Shown here: positions 28,005 to 37,615 of the stretch, in pieces
How positions within the stretch are numbered: the first letter of the stretch is position 1
How the letters are laid out: the number at the start of each line of letters is the position of its first letter
Position numbers and translations under genes: made by a program
Origin: Ilumatobacteraceae bacterium
GTDB taxonomy: Bacteria; Actinomycetota; Acidimicrobiia; Acidimicrobiales; Ilumatobacteraceae
Length of the DNA: 54,205 bases
Assembly (NCBI GenBank): GCA_040263235.1
Contig: JBDQKN010000001.1
Coordinates: 1 to 54,205, forward strand
Direction of reading: 5' to 3'
Notes under the pieces: model-generated
Database searches by the model: none
Told to the model about the DNA's origin: nothing
Seen by the model: only the letters and a program-made list of their open reading frames with translations

Positions 28005-29384
28005 ATGAAGTTCAAGCAGTACTACCTCGAGTGTCTCTCGCACGCCTCCTATCTCATTGGAGACGAGTCATCAGGACAGGCGGTCATCATCGACCCACAG
28101 CGAGATATCGCTGACTACCTCGCAGATGCCTCCGCAGATGGCCTGACCATCACCATGGTGATCGAAACCCATTTCCACGCTGACTTCCTCTCCGGCCACC
28201 TTGAACTTGCTGCAGCCACGGGTGCAGAGATCTGTTACTCGTCGGTCGCACAGCCTGAATTTGCTCATCGCTCGATAGCCGATGGCGAGCGCGTCACTCT
28301 CGGTGATGTCGAATTGCTGTTTCTCCACACCCCTGGACACACGCCTGAGTCAATGAGCATCGTCGCGTACGCCAAGACCAACGATGAGGTGCCGTTCGGA
28401 GTTTTTACCGGAGACACCTTGTTCATTGGTGATGTCGGCCGGCCCGACCTCCTGGCATCGATTGGGTTCACGCGAGAAGAACTTGCCGAGAGTTTGTACG
28501 ACTCCCTGCACAACAAATTGATGCCACTCCCCGATTCCACACGGGTCTTCCCCGCGCATGGGGCAGGGTCAGCATGTGGAAAGAACCTGTCGACCGAACT
28601 CTCATCAACAATCGGCGAGCAGAAGGCCACGAACTACGCGCTCCGGGCCCCCGACAAGAAGACCTTCCTCGATCTCGTCACCGAGGGACAACCCCCAGCC
28701 CCCGGATACTTCGTGTATGACGCAGTGCTCAACCGCAAGGAGCGTGAACTCCTCGACGAGACGACACCGCCACAGCCGCTCACTCTCGAAGCAGCGATGA
28801 CTGCGGTCGCGAGTGGAGCGATGATGATCGATGGACGCGACCCCGAGGATTTTGCTCGTGGACATCTCGCCGGAGCGGTCAACGTCGGTATGGCGGGCCG
28901 CTACGCAGAATTCGCGGGATCCGTCATTCCCTCCGATGTCGACATCATCCTCTTCGTCGAACCGGGATACGAATTGGAAGCGAAGAACCGTTTGGCTCGC
29001 ATCGGCTTCGACCGGGTAGTCGGCGTAATCGACAACCCATACGGCACCCTGCAGGCGCACCCCGACCTCGTTCAAATTGCCAGTCGACTCACGGCAGACG
29101 GTTTCAGCGAGCGGCTTCGAAACGTCGATGGGCTTCAGATTGTCGATGTTCGAAACCCGGGTGAAGTTGAAGCGGGAATGGTGCCACAGGCCACCAACAT
29201 CCCAGTTGGGCAGCTTCCAACTCGGGCGACCGAACTCGAACCAGCCGTGCCAACCGTCGTCTACTGTGCGGGTGGATATCGGTCATCAGTCGCCGCAAGC
29301 GTGCTCCGCCAGCGAGGTTTCACCGATGTGAGTGACCTCATCGGTGGCTATGCCGCATGGGCCGAAACGACACAAACGACCTGA
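28005..29384 (+). CDS. MBL-fold persulfide dioxygenase fused to two rhodanese modules (CstB-like)
   Basis: ORF 27951..29384; ATG 28005 is preceded by GGAGA. ETHFHADFLSGH and HTPGHT are metallo-beta-lactamase motifs. The C-terminal rhodanese has the active loop YCAGGYRS. Confidence 0.85.
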   Translation: MKFKQYYLECLSHASYLIGDESSGQAVIIDPQRDIADYLADASADGLTITMVIETHFHADFLSGHLELAAATGAEICYSSVAQPEFAHRSIADGERVTLGDVELLFLHTPGHTPESMSIVAYAKTNDEVPFGVFTGDTLFIGDVGRPDLLASIGFTREELAESLYDSLHNKLMPLPDSTRVFPAHGAGSACGKNLSTELSSTIGEQKATNYALRAPDKKTFLDLVTEGQPPAPGYFVYDAVLNRKERELLDETTPPQPLTLEAAMTAVASGAMMIDGRDPEDFARGHLAGAVNVGMAGRYAEFAGSVIPSDVDIILFVEPGYELEAKNRLARIGFDRVVGVIDNPYGTLQAHPDLVQIASRLTADGFSERLRNVDGLQIVDVRNPGEVEAGMVPQATNIPVGQLPTRATELEPAVPTVVYCAGGYRSSVAASVLRQRGFTDVSDLIGGYAAWAETTQTT

Positions 29385-29471
29385 GCGCCACAATGCTCGG
29401 CGGAGGGGGCCCTGCCGAGGATCAAGACGAGAACAACAGAGCAAGCAACAACGAATCTTCTGGGGGAGACC

Positions 29472-30662
29472 ATGAAACACCGCATCGTGATCATTGGAGG
29501 TGGCTCAGCGGGAATCACCGTTGCGGCTCGACTGGCACGCAAAGGCGAATCCGATATCGCCGTCGTGGAACCCTCTGATAAGCACTACTACCAACCCCTG
29601 TGGACGTTGGTTGGTGGAGGAAAGTCCGTAGCTACAGCCACAGAGCGCAACGAAGCCTCGGTCATGCCAAAGGGCGTCACCTGGATCCGCAAGGCCGCTG
29701 CATCATTCCACCCAAACGACAACGCAGTTGAGATGGCTGACGGAACTCGGGTGGAGTACGACGCCCTAATCGTCTGTCCTGGCATTCAGCTCGACTGGGA
29801 TGAGATGCCTGGGCTCACCGAAACCCTCGGACAATCCGGGGTGTCGTCGAACTACCGCTTTGACCTCGCACCCAAGACCTGGGAATTCATCAGGGGCCTC
29901 ACGTCTGGGTCGGCCGTGTTCACCATGCCCGTTGGCCCAATCAAATGCGCAGGTGCGCCTCAGAAGATTGCGTACTTGGCAGCCGATCACTGGCGCCGAG
30001 AGGGGGTGCTTGGCAACATCGATGTTCACCTCGTGCTTCCCACTCCCCGAACATTTGGCATTCCGGCAATCGCTGACCAGCTTGACAAAGTCGTGTCGAG
30101 TTATGGCATCAACCTTCACCTCGCGTCAGAGGTGACCGCCATCGATTCGACGAACGGCTCGATGACGGTCAGCTCGACGAGTGGAGACGGGGCATCCACC
30201 ACCCTCGATTACGACATGGCACACATCACTCCAAGGCAGTCAGCTCCGGATTGGATCAAGTCGAGTCCATTGTCAACCGGAGACGCAAAGGGTTACGTCG
30301 AGGTCGACAAATTTACGATGCAGCATGTCCGTCACCCGAACGTCTTTGCGTTAGGCGACGCTGGTTCCACACCGAATTCGAAGACGGGTGCAGCAATTCG
30401 CAAGCAAGCACCGGTGGTTGTGGCGAATCTTCTTGATCATCTCAACGGACGTCAACTCTCGGCAACCTACGACGGCTATGCCTCCTGCCCAATCGTGACC
30501 TCAGATCACGAGATGCTGCTGGCCGAATTCAACTACGACCTTGAACTCACGCCATCATTTCCAATCATCGATCAGGTCAAACCTCGCCGAGACATGTGGT
30601 ATCTGAAGAAGTACGGACTTCCGTTCATCTACTGGAACCTCATGCTCAAAGGCCTCGCCTGA
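29472..30662 (+). CDS. sqr: sulfide:quinone oxidoreductase, type II (SQRDL-like)
   Basis: IVIIGGGSAGITVAA (FAD fold), PIKCAGAPQKIAYL and YASCPIV carry the conserved redox cysteines of type II SQR. Preceded by GGGGGAGA. Confidence 0.85.
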   Translation: MKHRIVIIGGGSAGITVAARLARKGESDIAVVEPSDKHYYQPLWTLVGGGKSVATATERNEASVMPKGVTWIRKAAASFHPNDNAVEMADGTRVEYDALIVCPGIQLDWDEMPGLTETLGQSGVSSNYRFDLAPKTWEFIRGLTSGSAVFTMPVGPIKCAGAPQKIAYLAADHWRREGVLGNIDVHLVLPTPRTFGIPAIADQLDKVVSSYGINLHLASEVTAIDSTNGSMTVSSTSGDGASTTLDYDMAHITPRQSAPDWIKSSPLSTGDAKGYVEVDKFTMQHVRHPNVFALGDAGSTPNSKTGAAIRKQAPVVVANLLDHLNGRQLSATYDGYASCPIVTSDHEMLLAEFNYDLELTPSFPIIDQVKPRRDMWYLKKYGLPFIYWNLMLKGLA

Positions 30663-30698
30663 TCTGATGCATCATTCTCACCCAAACAGGGAGGTCCT

Positions 30699-32222
30699 AT
30701 GACTCGCCTCGGATTCGTTCTCGCCAGCGATTCGTGTATCGGCTGCCACGCCTGCACAGTCGCGTGTAAGAGCGAACATGACGTCCCCCTTGGGGTCAAC
30801 CGCACATGGGTGAAGTACGTCGAAACTGGAAGTTTCCCGAACACTGGTCGGTCCTTCACGGTGATGCGCTGCAATCAGTGCGAGGACGCCCCGTGCGTCA
30901 CCATCTGCCCGACGAGCGCCCTCCATAAGGCAAGCAACGGCGTCGTCGACTTCGACGACTCGCGATGTATCGGATGTAAGGCGTGCATGAACGCGTGCCC
31001 GTACGACGCTCTCTACATCAACCCAGCTACCAACACGGCCCACAAGTGCAACTTCTGTAATCACCGGGTTGAGGTGGGCCTCGAACCCGCTTGCGTCGTC
31101 GTCTGCCCCACCCACGCGATCATCACCGGAGATCTCGATGATCCAACCTCCGAGATCTCCAAGATCGTCGCCCGCGACAAGGTCTCAGTTCGGGCCCCAG
31201 AACAAGGCACCAATCCCAAGGTCTTCTATCGGGGTGTCGATCAGGCAGCCCTAGACCCAACCAGAAGTCGAATTGCTGACGACGGCATGATCTGGGCAGA
31301 TACAACCCCCGATCACCCGACTATCTCGCCCGTCATGGCAGAGCACTCTGGCAATGGCGTAATCGGGCGTACTGCCTACACGACGAGCCATCCCATGACC
31401 TGGAAATCGAAGGTCTCTGGATATCTCGTCACCAAGGCGATCGCCGCCGGCGTGATGGGAATCGCTGCATTGCTTGTTGTTCTCGGACACGGAGGCTCAA
31501 GCAGTGCCGTGGGCATTCTCCCGGCGGTCGTCGCTGGGCTTTTCATTGCCATTACTGGAGTGCTGCTCATCGCTGACCTCAAACAACCGAAACGATTCCT
31601 GTACATCCTCACCAAGTCCAACACTGATTCCTGGCTCGTTAGGGGGGCCTGGATTCTCGGCGCATTTGCTGCGGTCACCGGGCTGTGGGGACTCCTCGAT
31701 CTACTCGGAGCAGAGGGCGCATATCCGTGGCTTGCGCTCCCACAAGTGGTGCTCGCCGCAGGAGTTGCCGGATACACCGCATTTCTATTCGGGCAATGTG
31801 AGGGTCGGGATCTCTGGCAGACCCCGCTGCTGCTGCCGACTCTGCTTGCTCAAGCGGTCGTCGCTGGAGGTTCCACCTATGGCGTGTTGGACCTCGTTAT
31901 CGACGTACCCGATCAGTCGGCCGTGCGAATTGCAACTCTCGGAGGTCTCGGAGCACTCACACTCCTCATCGGTACAGAGTTGGTCTCCCACGGTTCGCGT
32001 TCTGTCGAACTGGCTACTCTCGAGATGACTCGAGGTGCATATGCACGGCGCTTTTGGGCTGGCGGGGTGGCCCTCGGACTGTTAGCCCCGATCGTCATCT
32101 TGGCCACACCTGCCGGATCGACATCGGTTGGAACATCACTTGCGGGGGCCTGCGCTCTCGTGGGCCTCTTCGCCTACGAGGATGCCTACGTTCGCGCTGG
32201 CCAGTCAGTGCCCCTGTCCTGA
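30699..32222 (+). CDS. fusion of a four-[4Fe-4S] ferredoxin subunit (PsrB/SoeB/DmsB-like) with an NrfD/PsrC-type membrane anchor
   Basis: The N-terminal 190 aa or so carry CIGCHACTVAC, CNQCEDAPCVTICP, CIGCKACMNACP and CNFCNHR...ACVVVCP. The C-terminal 300 aa or so are a run of hydrophobic helices (NrfD-like). No signal or Tat motif. Confidence 0.85.
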   Translation: MTRLGFVLASDSCIGCHACTVACKSEHDVPLGVNRTWVKYVETGSFPNTGRSFTVMRCNQCEDAPCVTICPTSALHKASNGVVDFDDSRCIGCKACMNACPYDALYINPATNTAHKCNFCNHRVEVGLEPACVVVCPTHAIITGDLDDPTSEISKIVARDKVSVRAPEQGTNPKVFYRGVDQAALDPTRSRIADDGMIWADTTPDHPTISPVMAEHSGNGVIGRTAYTTSHPMTWKSKVSGYLVTKAIAAGVMGIAALLVVLGHGGSSSAVGILPAVVAGLFIAITGVLLIADLKQPKRFLYILTKSNTDSWLVRGAWILGAFAAVTGLWGLLDLLGAEGAYPWLALPQVVLAAGVAGYTAFLFGQCEGRDLWQTPLLLPTLLAQAVVAGGSTYGVLDLVIDVPDQSAVRIATLGGLGALTLLIGTELVSHGSRSVELATLEMTRGAYARRFWAGGVALGLLAPIVILATPAGSTSVGTSLAGACALVGLFAYEDAYVRAGQSVPLS

Positions 32223-32250
32223 TTGACGACGTAACACAAGGAACGATTCC

Positions 32251-35064
32251 ATGACACTGATCAATCATCCGCCATACGAGCGCTGGCACGACTGGACTGA
32301 ACTCGACGCCAAGGCGTGGCCAGAACGCGTCGAACGTCACTATGCCCTCGTGCCAACAACCTGCTTCAACTGTGAAGCAGCCTGTGGCCTTGTCGCCTTC
32401 ATCGATAAAGAAAGTGGCACTATCACCAAGTTCGAAGGAAACCCTGAACATCCAGCGAGCCGCGGACGCAATTGTGCAAAAGGTCCTGCCACCATCAACC
32501 AGGTCAACGACCCCGAGCGCATCCTCCATCCACTTCGGCGAGTTGGCGAACGCGGATCAGGGAATTGGGAGCGCATTTCGTGGGATGAGGCTCTCGAGGC
32601 AATCGGCGCTCGGATCAGAACTGCTATCACCGAGGGACGCGGCAACGAGGTCATGTACCACGTCGGTCGGCCGGGTGAAGATGGCTACACCGAACGTGTG
32701 CTTTCAGCCTGGGGGGTCGATGGCCACAACTCTCACACCAACATCTGTTCATCGAATGCGAGGATCGGATATCAGTCATGGATGGGCCTCGATCGCCCGT
32801 CATCTGATTTTGCAAACGCCGAGGTCATCTTCTTGATCTCGTCGCATCTCGAGGCAGGCCACTACTTCAACCCACATGCCCAACGGATCATCGAGGGCCA
32901 AGCGGCGGGGGCGACCGTCATCTGTGTCGATCCGCGCCTCTCGAACACTGGAGCGAAGGCAGATCATTGGCTTGCGCCTTGGCCAGGAACAGAAGCATTC
33001 ATGCTCCTCGCCATCGCCCGACTCCTCATTGAGAACGGCACGTGGGACCGCGAGTTCGTCCGTCGGTGGGTGAACTGGGAAACGTATCTCACCGAAACGC
33101 GACCCGATCTCCCGTGCGAGTTCGCATCGCTCGAACAGGCGCTCCTCGACGCCTACTCGGAGTACACGCCCGAACAGGCTGAATACATCTGCGGAATCGA
33201 TGCGACGCAGTTGCGCGAAATCGCCGGAATCATCGGCAAGCACCTCTCTAAGTTCGCATCACATAACTGGCGTTCTGCCGGTGCCGGCAATCTCGGTGGT
33301 TGGCAGGTGGCACGGTGCCTCTTCTTTATCAATGTGCTCACCGGCTCAGTTGGCACCCCCGGCGGAACCAGCGGCAACGGTTGGAATAAGTTCACCCCGG
33401 CACCGCCGAAAGGTGGGCAGCCGATCAAGGAATGGAACGAGATGAATTGGCCGGTGGAGTACCCACTGGCCTACCACGAACTGTCGATTCTGCTCCCCCA
33501 CTTCCTCAATGAAGGACGAGGCCGCCTCGACACGTATTTCACCCGCGTCTACAACCCGATCTGGACCAATCCAGATGGCTTCAGCTGGTTGGAAGCGCTG
33601 AGCGATACCGACAAGGTTGGGTGCCACGTTGCGCTCACGCCGACCTGGTCCGAAACAGCATGGTTTGCCGACTACGTGCTCCCCATGGGAATCGGATCGG
33701 AACGCCATGACATTGCGAGTTACGAGACCCACGCCGGACGTTGGATCGGCTTCCGTCAACCAGTGATGCGGCGCTACGCCGAGCTCAACGGCGAAGATGT
33801 GGGTCCCGATAACCGAACACACGAATACAACATGGGCGAAGTGTGGGAGGAGAACGAATTTTGGGTTGATCTTTCATGGCGGATCGACCCCGACGGCGAG
33901 CTCGGTATCCGCCAGTACTTCGAGAGCGACGAGCGGCCCGGAACCCCTATGGGCGTCGATGAGTACTACGGCCGGATGTTCGCTGAAAGCGTTCCCGGCC
34001 TCGCCGAAGCAGCAGCAGCAGCGAATCAATCGCCCCTCGAGTACATGAGGGACAGAGGCGCCTATGCCGTGCCTGGAGATCCCTATCGCCCCTACGAGCG
34101 GCCGGTTGACCCCTCAGCAATCGACGGCTGCGTGCGCGATGAGTCAGGCGTGTACCGCAAGCCAAATACGGAGGGCACCTGGGACGGTTCAAAGGAGTCC
34201 TTGCAAGAGCTTCACCTCGCAAAACTCGGTGACGGCTCACCCGCCGTTGAAGTCGACGGGGAACTGAAGGAGGGGTTCCCAACCCCTTCGAAGAAGCTGG
34301 AGCTGTTCTCCTCAACGCTGAAAGATTGGGGTTGGCCCGAGTACGCGACGCCCACATGGATCCCGTCACATGTTCACTGGGAAGACCTCGACCTTGAGGG
34401 CGATGAGCGCATCCTGCTCCCGACCTTCCGGATCCCCACGCTCATCCACACCCGCTCAGCAAACTCAAAATGGCTGAACGAAATCTCGCACCGACATCCC
34501 CTATGGGTCCATCCAAGTGATGCTGAACGACTCGGCATCGCCGAGAACGGACTTGTTCGCGTCACTACTCGCATCGGTCATTTCGTGATCTCAGCGTGGC
34601 GAACCGAGGGCATCAGACCAGGGGTCGTAGCCGCTTCTCACCACATGGGCCGCTGGCGGCTCGAAGATGCGAAGGCCCGCTCGTGGGGGGCGGGTCTAGC
34701 CAAAATCAGCAATGAGGGCTCGCAGTGGACCCTGAACCGATCGAAGGGGATGAACGCCTACGAGTCGAGCGACCCAGACACTGAACGCATCTGGTGGAAC
34801 GACACCGGTGTTCACCAGAACCTCACCTTCGCTGTGCAGCCTGATCCAATTTCTGGGATGCAGTGTTGGCATCAGCGAGTCAAGGTTGGACCAGCCCAAG
34901 TCGGAGATGAGTACGGAGACGTTGTCGTCGATACCGAGAAGTCACGCGAGGCCTACCTCGACTGGCTCTCCAAGACACGGCCAGCGCCGGGTCCACATGG
35001 CCTGCGGCGACCGATGTGGTACGCCAGGCCGCTCAAGCCAGTCCCTGAGGCCTATCTTCTCTGA
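32251..35064 (+). CDS. molybdopterin (bis-MGD) oxidoreductase catalytic subunit, no Tat signal (SoeA-like candidate)
   Basis: 937 aa. N-terminal CFNCEAACG...RNCAKG is the C-x2-C-x3-C...C FS0 motif. No RRxF(L/V)K precedes it (MTLINHPPYERWHDW...). Length and order fit DMSO-reductase-family catalytic subunits. Confidence 0.9.
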   Translation: MTLINHPPYERWHDWTELDAKAWPERVERHYALVPTTCFNCEAACGLVAFIDKESGTITKFEGNPEHPASRGRNCAKGPATINQVNDPERILHPLRRVGERGSGNWERISWDEALEAIGARIRTAITEGRGNEVMYHVGRPGEDGYTERVLSAWGVDGHNSHTNICSSNARIGYQSWMGLDRPSSDFANAEVIFLISSHLEAGHYFNPHAQRIIEGQAAGATVICVDPRLSNTGAKADHWLAPWPGTEAFMLLAIARLLIENGTWDREFVRRWVNWETYLTETRPDLPCEFASLEQALLDAYSEYTPEQAEYICGIDATQLREIAGIIGKHLSKFASHNWRSAGAGNLGGWQVARCLFFINVLTGSVGTPGGTSGNGWNKFTPAPPKGGQPIKEWNEMNWPVEYPLAYHELSILLPHFLNEGRGRLDTYFTRVYNPIWTNPDGFSWLEALSDTDKVGCHVALTPTWSETAWFADYVLPMGIGSERHDIASYETHAGRWIGFRQPVMRRYAELNGEDVGPDNRTHEYNMGEVWEENEFWVDLSWRIDPDGELGIRQYFESDERPGTPMGVDEYYGRMFAESVPGLAEAAAAANQSPLEYMRDRGAYAVPGDPYRPYERPVDPSAIDGCVRDESGVYRKPNTEGTWDGSKESLQELHLAKLGDGSPAVEVDGELKEGFPTPSKKLELFSSTLKDWGWPEYATPTWIPSHVHWEDLDLEGDERILLPTFRIPTLIHTRSANSKWLNEISHRHPLWVHPSDAERLGIAENGLVRVTTRIGHFVISAWRTEGIRPGVVAASHHMGRWRLEDAKARSWGAGLAKISNEGSQWTLNRSKGMNAYESSDPDTERIWWNDTGVHQNLTFAVQPDPISGMQCWHQRVKVGPAQVGDEYGDVVVDTEKSREAYLDWLSKTRPAPGPHGLRRPMWYARPLKPVPEAYLL

Positions 35065-35088
35065 GACCCGACGATCCAAGGAGCCCAA

Positions 35089-35901
35089 ATGGGCACGACC
35101 GGAACCACCACGTTTGACATCGACGGCTTCCCTCTTGACCGGGAGGGAGCCGACCCCCTCTGGCTGCAACTGGAGCGGGAACTTCGACGTCGACTCGCCC
35201 TCGGACATTTTGTCGATCGATTCCCCACCGACCGCGAATTGATGCAGGTGTATGGCGTGAGTCGCCATACCGCTCGGCATGCCGTTGATCGGCTCGGCAG
35301 CGATGGAATCGTTCGACGCTCGCGCGGTATTGGCACTTCCGTGGACAATGACCGGATCGAACAATCGCTCGGGTCGCTGTACAGCCTCTTTCAGGTCGTT
35401 GAGGCCGCCGGAATCGAGCAGGAGAGCGTCGTGCTCGCTCTCGAGGTGACCACCGACAGTGCGGCTGCATCCCACCTCAATGTTGCGCCAGAAACAGCCT
35501 TGGTTCACCTCTCTCGCCTGCGGCTAGCCGGGGGCGATCCACTTGCACTCGACCGAGCGTGGATGCCCGCCTCAATTGCTAGCGATCTCCTCGGTTTGGA
35601 TTTCTCTCGGACCTCGCTCTACGACGAGCTGGAGCGTTGCACCGGAAGGCGCCCCACCGCTGGGCGTGAACAGATACGCGCCGTGGTCCCAGAACCCGAG
35701 GAGCGTCGCGTCCTTGGGATCGAAACCTCCGACGCCGTTTTCTGCATCAACAGGCTGGGTCTCTCAGATGGCGTTGAGATCGAATGGCGCACCACGCTGA
35801 TCAGGAGCGATCGATTTTCATTCGTTGCCGACTGGACCGTTGGCCAACGCTCCGAGCTACGCCCAGAGCACCGGCCAATAGTTTCGACTGACCGCCGATG
35901 A
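35089..35901 (+). CDS. GntR family transcriptional regulator (HutC/UTRA subfamily)
   Basis: FPTDRELMQVYGVSRHTARHAVDRLGSDGIVRRSRGIGTSV (GntR wHTH) plus a C-terminal domain of about 170 aa of UTRA type. AAGGAG RBS at 35078..35083. Confidence 0.85.
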   Translation: MGTTGTTTFDIDGFPLDREGADPLWLQLERELRRRLALGHFVDRFPTDRELMQVYGVSRHTARHAVDRLGSDGIVRRSRGIGTSVDNDRIEQSLGSLYSLFQVVEAAGIEQESVVLALEVTTDSAAASHLNVAPETALVHLSRLRLAGGDPLALDRAWMPASIASDLLGLDFSRTSLYDELERCTGRRPTAGREQIRAVVPEPEERRVLGIETSDAVFCINRLGLSDGVEIEWRTTLIRSDRFSFVADWTVGQRSELRPEHRPIVSTDRR

Positions 35902-35918
35902 AGCCCTAGCCTGCGGAC

Positions 35919-37121
35919 ATGAGCAACACCTCACGTCCCTCAGGCCGCGACGTCGTCATCGTTGATGCCCTGCGCTCCCCGATCGGTCGCCGCAACGGCG
36001 GTCTGGCGGGGGTCCATCCTGCCCGACTACTCGGTTCAATCCAGAGCGCCCTCGTCGAACGGAGCGGCATTGATCCCAACGAGATCGAACAGGTTGTCGG
36101 GGGATGCGTCAGCCAAGTTGGGGAGCAGAGTTTCAACGTCACCAGAACCGCCTGGCTTGCGGCCGGCCTACCAATCTCAACGGCGGCGACGACCGTCGAC
36201 ACCCAGTGCGGCTCTAGTCAGCAGGCCACGAACCTCGCCACGTCGCTCATCGCAGGCGGCACCGTCGATGTGGCGATGGCATGTGGAGTCGAGGTCATGA
36301 GCCGGATCCCCATCGGAATCAACTCTTCCAAGAAGTTGGGGCTCGGCGTACCAATTCCCAAGGAGTACTTCGCTCGCCTTGAGATGACATCGCAATTCGA
36401 GGGTGCTGAGCGAATCGCGGAACAATGGGGCGTTACCCGCGCCGACACCGATGCCTTCGGCCTCGAGTCGCAGAGACGTGCGGCTCAGGCCTGGAATGAG
36501 GACCGCTTCGCTGGACAGTGGATTCCAATTGAAGCCCCGGTTCTCGATGCCGAGGGTTCGCCGACCGATGAATTCCAGACCATCTCTCGAGACGAGGGCA
36601 TCCGTGACACATCCCTCGAGAAGCTCTCACAACTCAAGCCCGTCGCTAGAGAGAACGGCGTCCACACGGCAGGCAACTCCTCTCAGATCTCTGATGGAGC
36701 GTCAGCGGTCCTCATGATGACTGCGGAACGAGCCGAGGAACTCGGACTGACTCCCCGCGCGAGGGTGGTCGACACCTGCATTGTCGGGGTTGATCCGGTT
36801 CTCATGCTCACCGGCCCAATGGACGCAACAAAGCGGCTCCTTTCTCGAAGCGGACTCAACATCGATGACATTGACACGTTCGAGATCAATGAAGCCTTCG
36901 CATCGGTTGTCCTGGCTTGGGCCAAGGAGGTCGGTGCCGATCTCTCCAAGACCAATCCCAACGGTGGAGCAATTGCGCTCGGCCACCCACTTGGTGCCAC
37001 CGGGGCGTTCCTCATGACCAAGGCGCTCTACGAACTCGAACGAACCTCGGGCCGCTATGGCCTCATCTCGATGTGCTGTGGCGGGGGCCTTGGCACGGGA
37101 ACCCTGATCGAACGAATCTGA
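35919..37121 (+). CDS. acetyl-CoA C-acyltransferase (thiolase)
   Basis: VDTQCGSSQQA (active Cys), NPNGGAIALGHPLGATG and CCGGGLG are thiolase signatures. Confidence 0.9.
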   Translation: MSNTSRPSGRDVVIVDALRSPIGRRNGGLAGVHPARLLGSIQSALVERSGIDPNEIEQVVGGCVSQVGEQSFNVTRTAWLAAGLPISTAATTVDTQCGSSQQATNLATSLIAGGTVDVAMACGVEVMSRIPIGINSSKKLGLGVPIPKEYFARLEMTSQFEGAERIAEQWGVTRADTDAFGLESQRRAAQAWNEDRFAGQWIPIEAPVLDAEGSPTDEFQTISRDEGIRDTSLEKLSQLKPVARENGVHTAGNSSQISDGASAVLMMTAERAEELGLTPRARVVDTCIVGVDPVLMLTGPMDATKRLLSRSGLNIDDIDTFEINEAFASVVLAWAKEVGADLSKTNPNGGAIALGHPLGATGAFLMTKALYELERTSGRYGLISMCCGGGLGTGTLIERI

Positions 37122-37609
37122 GTTCGTCTCTTTTCCTCAGCACACTGCTGACTGCATCCCTCCTAGTTCAGGGGTGCAGCCAAGATGAACTGCCATCGTC
37201 GGTCACGGCAGTGGTTGAGTACATAGTCGATGGCGACACCATCGACGTCATGGTCAATGGGTCGATTGAACGGGTGAGACTGATCGGCATCGACACCCCC
37301 GAGATCGCTCATGGATCGGAACCTGCTGACTGCGGCGGAGAGGAGGCAACGCGGTTTCTCGCTCGAAACCTGCCGATTGGGACTCCGGTGGTGATCTCTC
37401 GCGATGTGGTCGCCCGGGACCATTACGGACGCCTGCTGGGCTACATCACTCGTGCTACCGATGAGGTCAGTGTGAATCTGCTCCTCGCTGCCGCAGGGTA
37501 TGCCCGCCCCCTGAGCATCACGCCAAACGTCAAACTTGCATCTGAGATCGCCGATGCATATTCGATCGCCCGCCGTGAACGAGTCGGAATCTGGGGATCC
37601 TGCCCCTAG
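37073..37609 (+). CDS. thermonuclease (SNase) family lipoprotein
   Basis: ORF 36917..37609 overlaps the thiolase gene. The only plausible start is GTG 37073 (VLWRGPWHG...LLTASLLVQGC lipobox-like). VDGDTIDV and RLIGIDTPE are SNase motifs. The start is uncertain. Confidence 0.7.
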   Translation: MLWRGPWHGNPDRTNLSSSLFLSTLLTASLLVQGCSQDELPSSVTAVVEYIVDGDTIDVMVNGSIERVRLIGIDTPEIAHGSEPADCGGEEATRFLARNLPIGTPVVISRDVVARDHYGRLLGYITRATDEVSVNLLLAAAGYARPLSITPNVKLASEIADAYSIARRERVGIWGSCP

Positions 37610-37615
37610 GACTCA

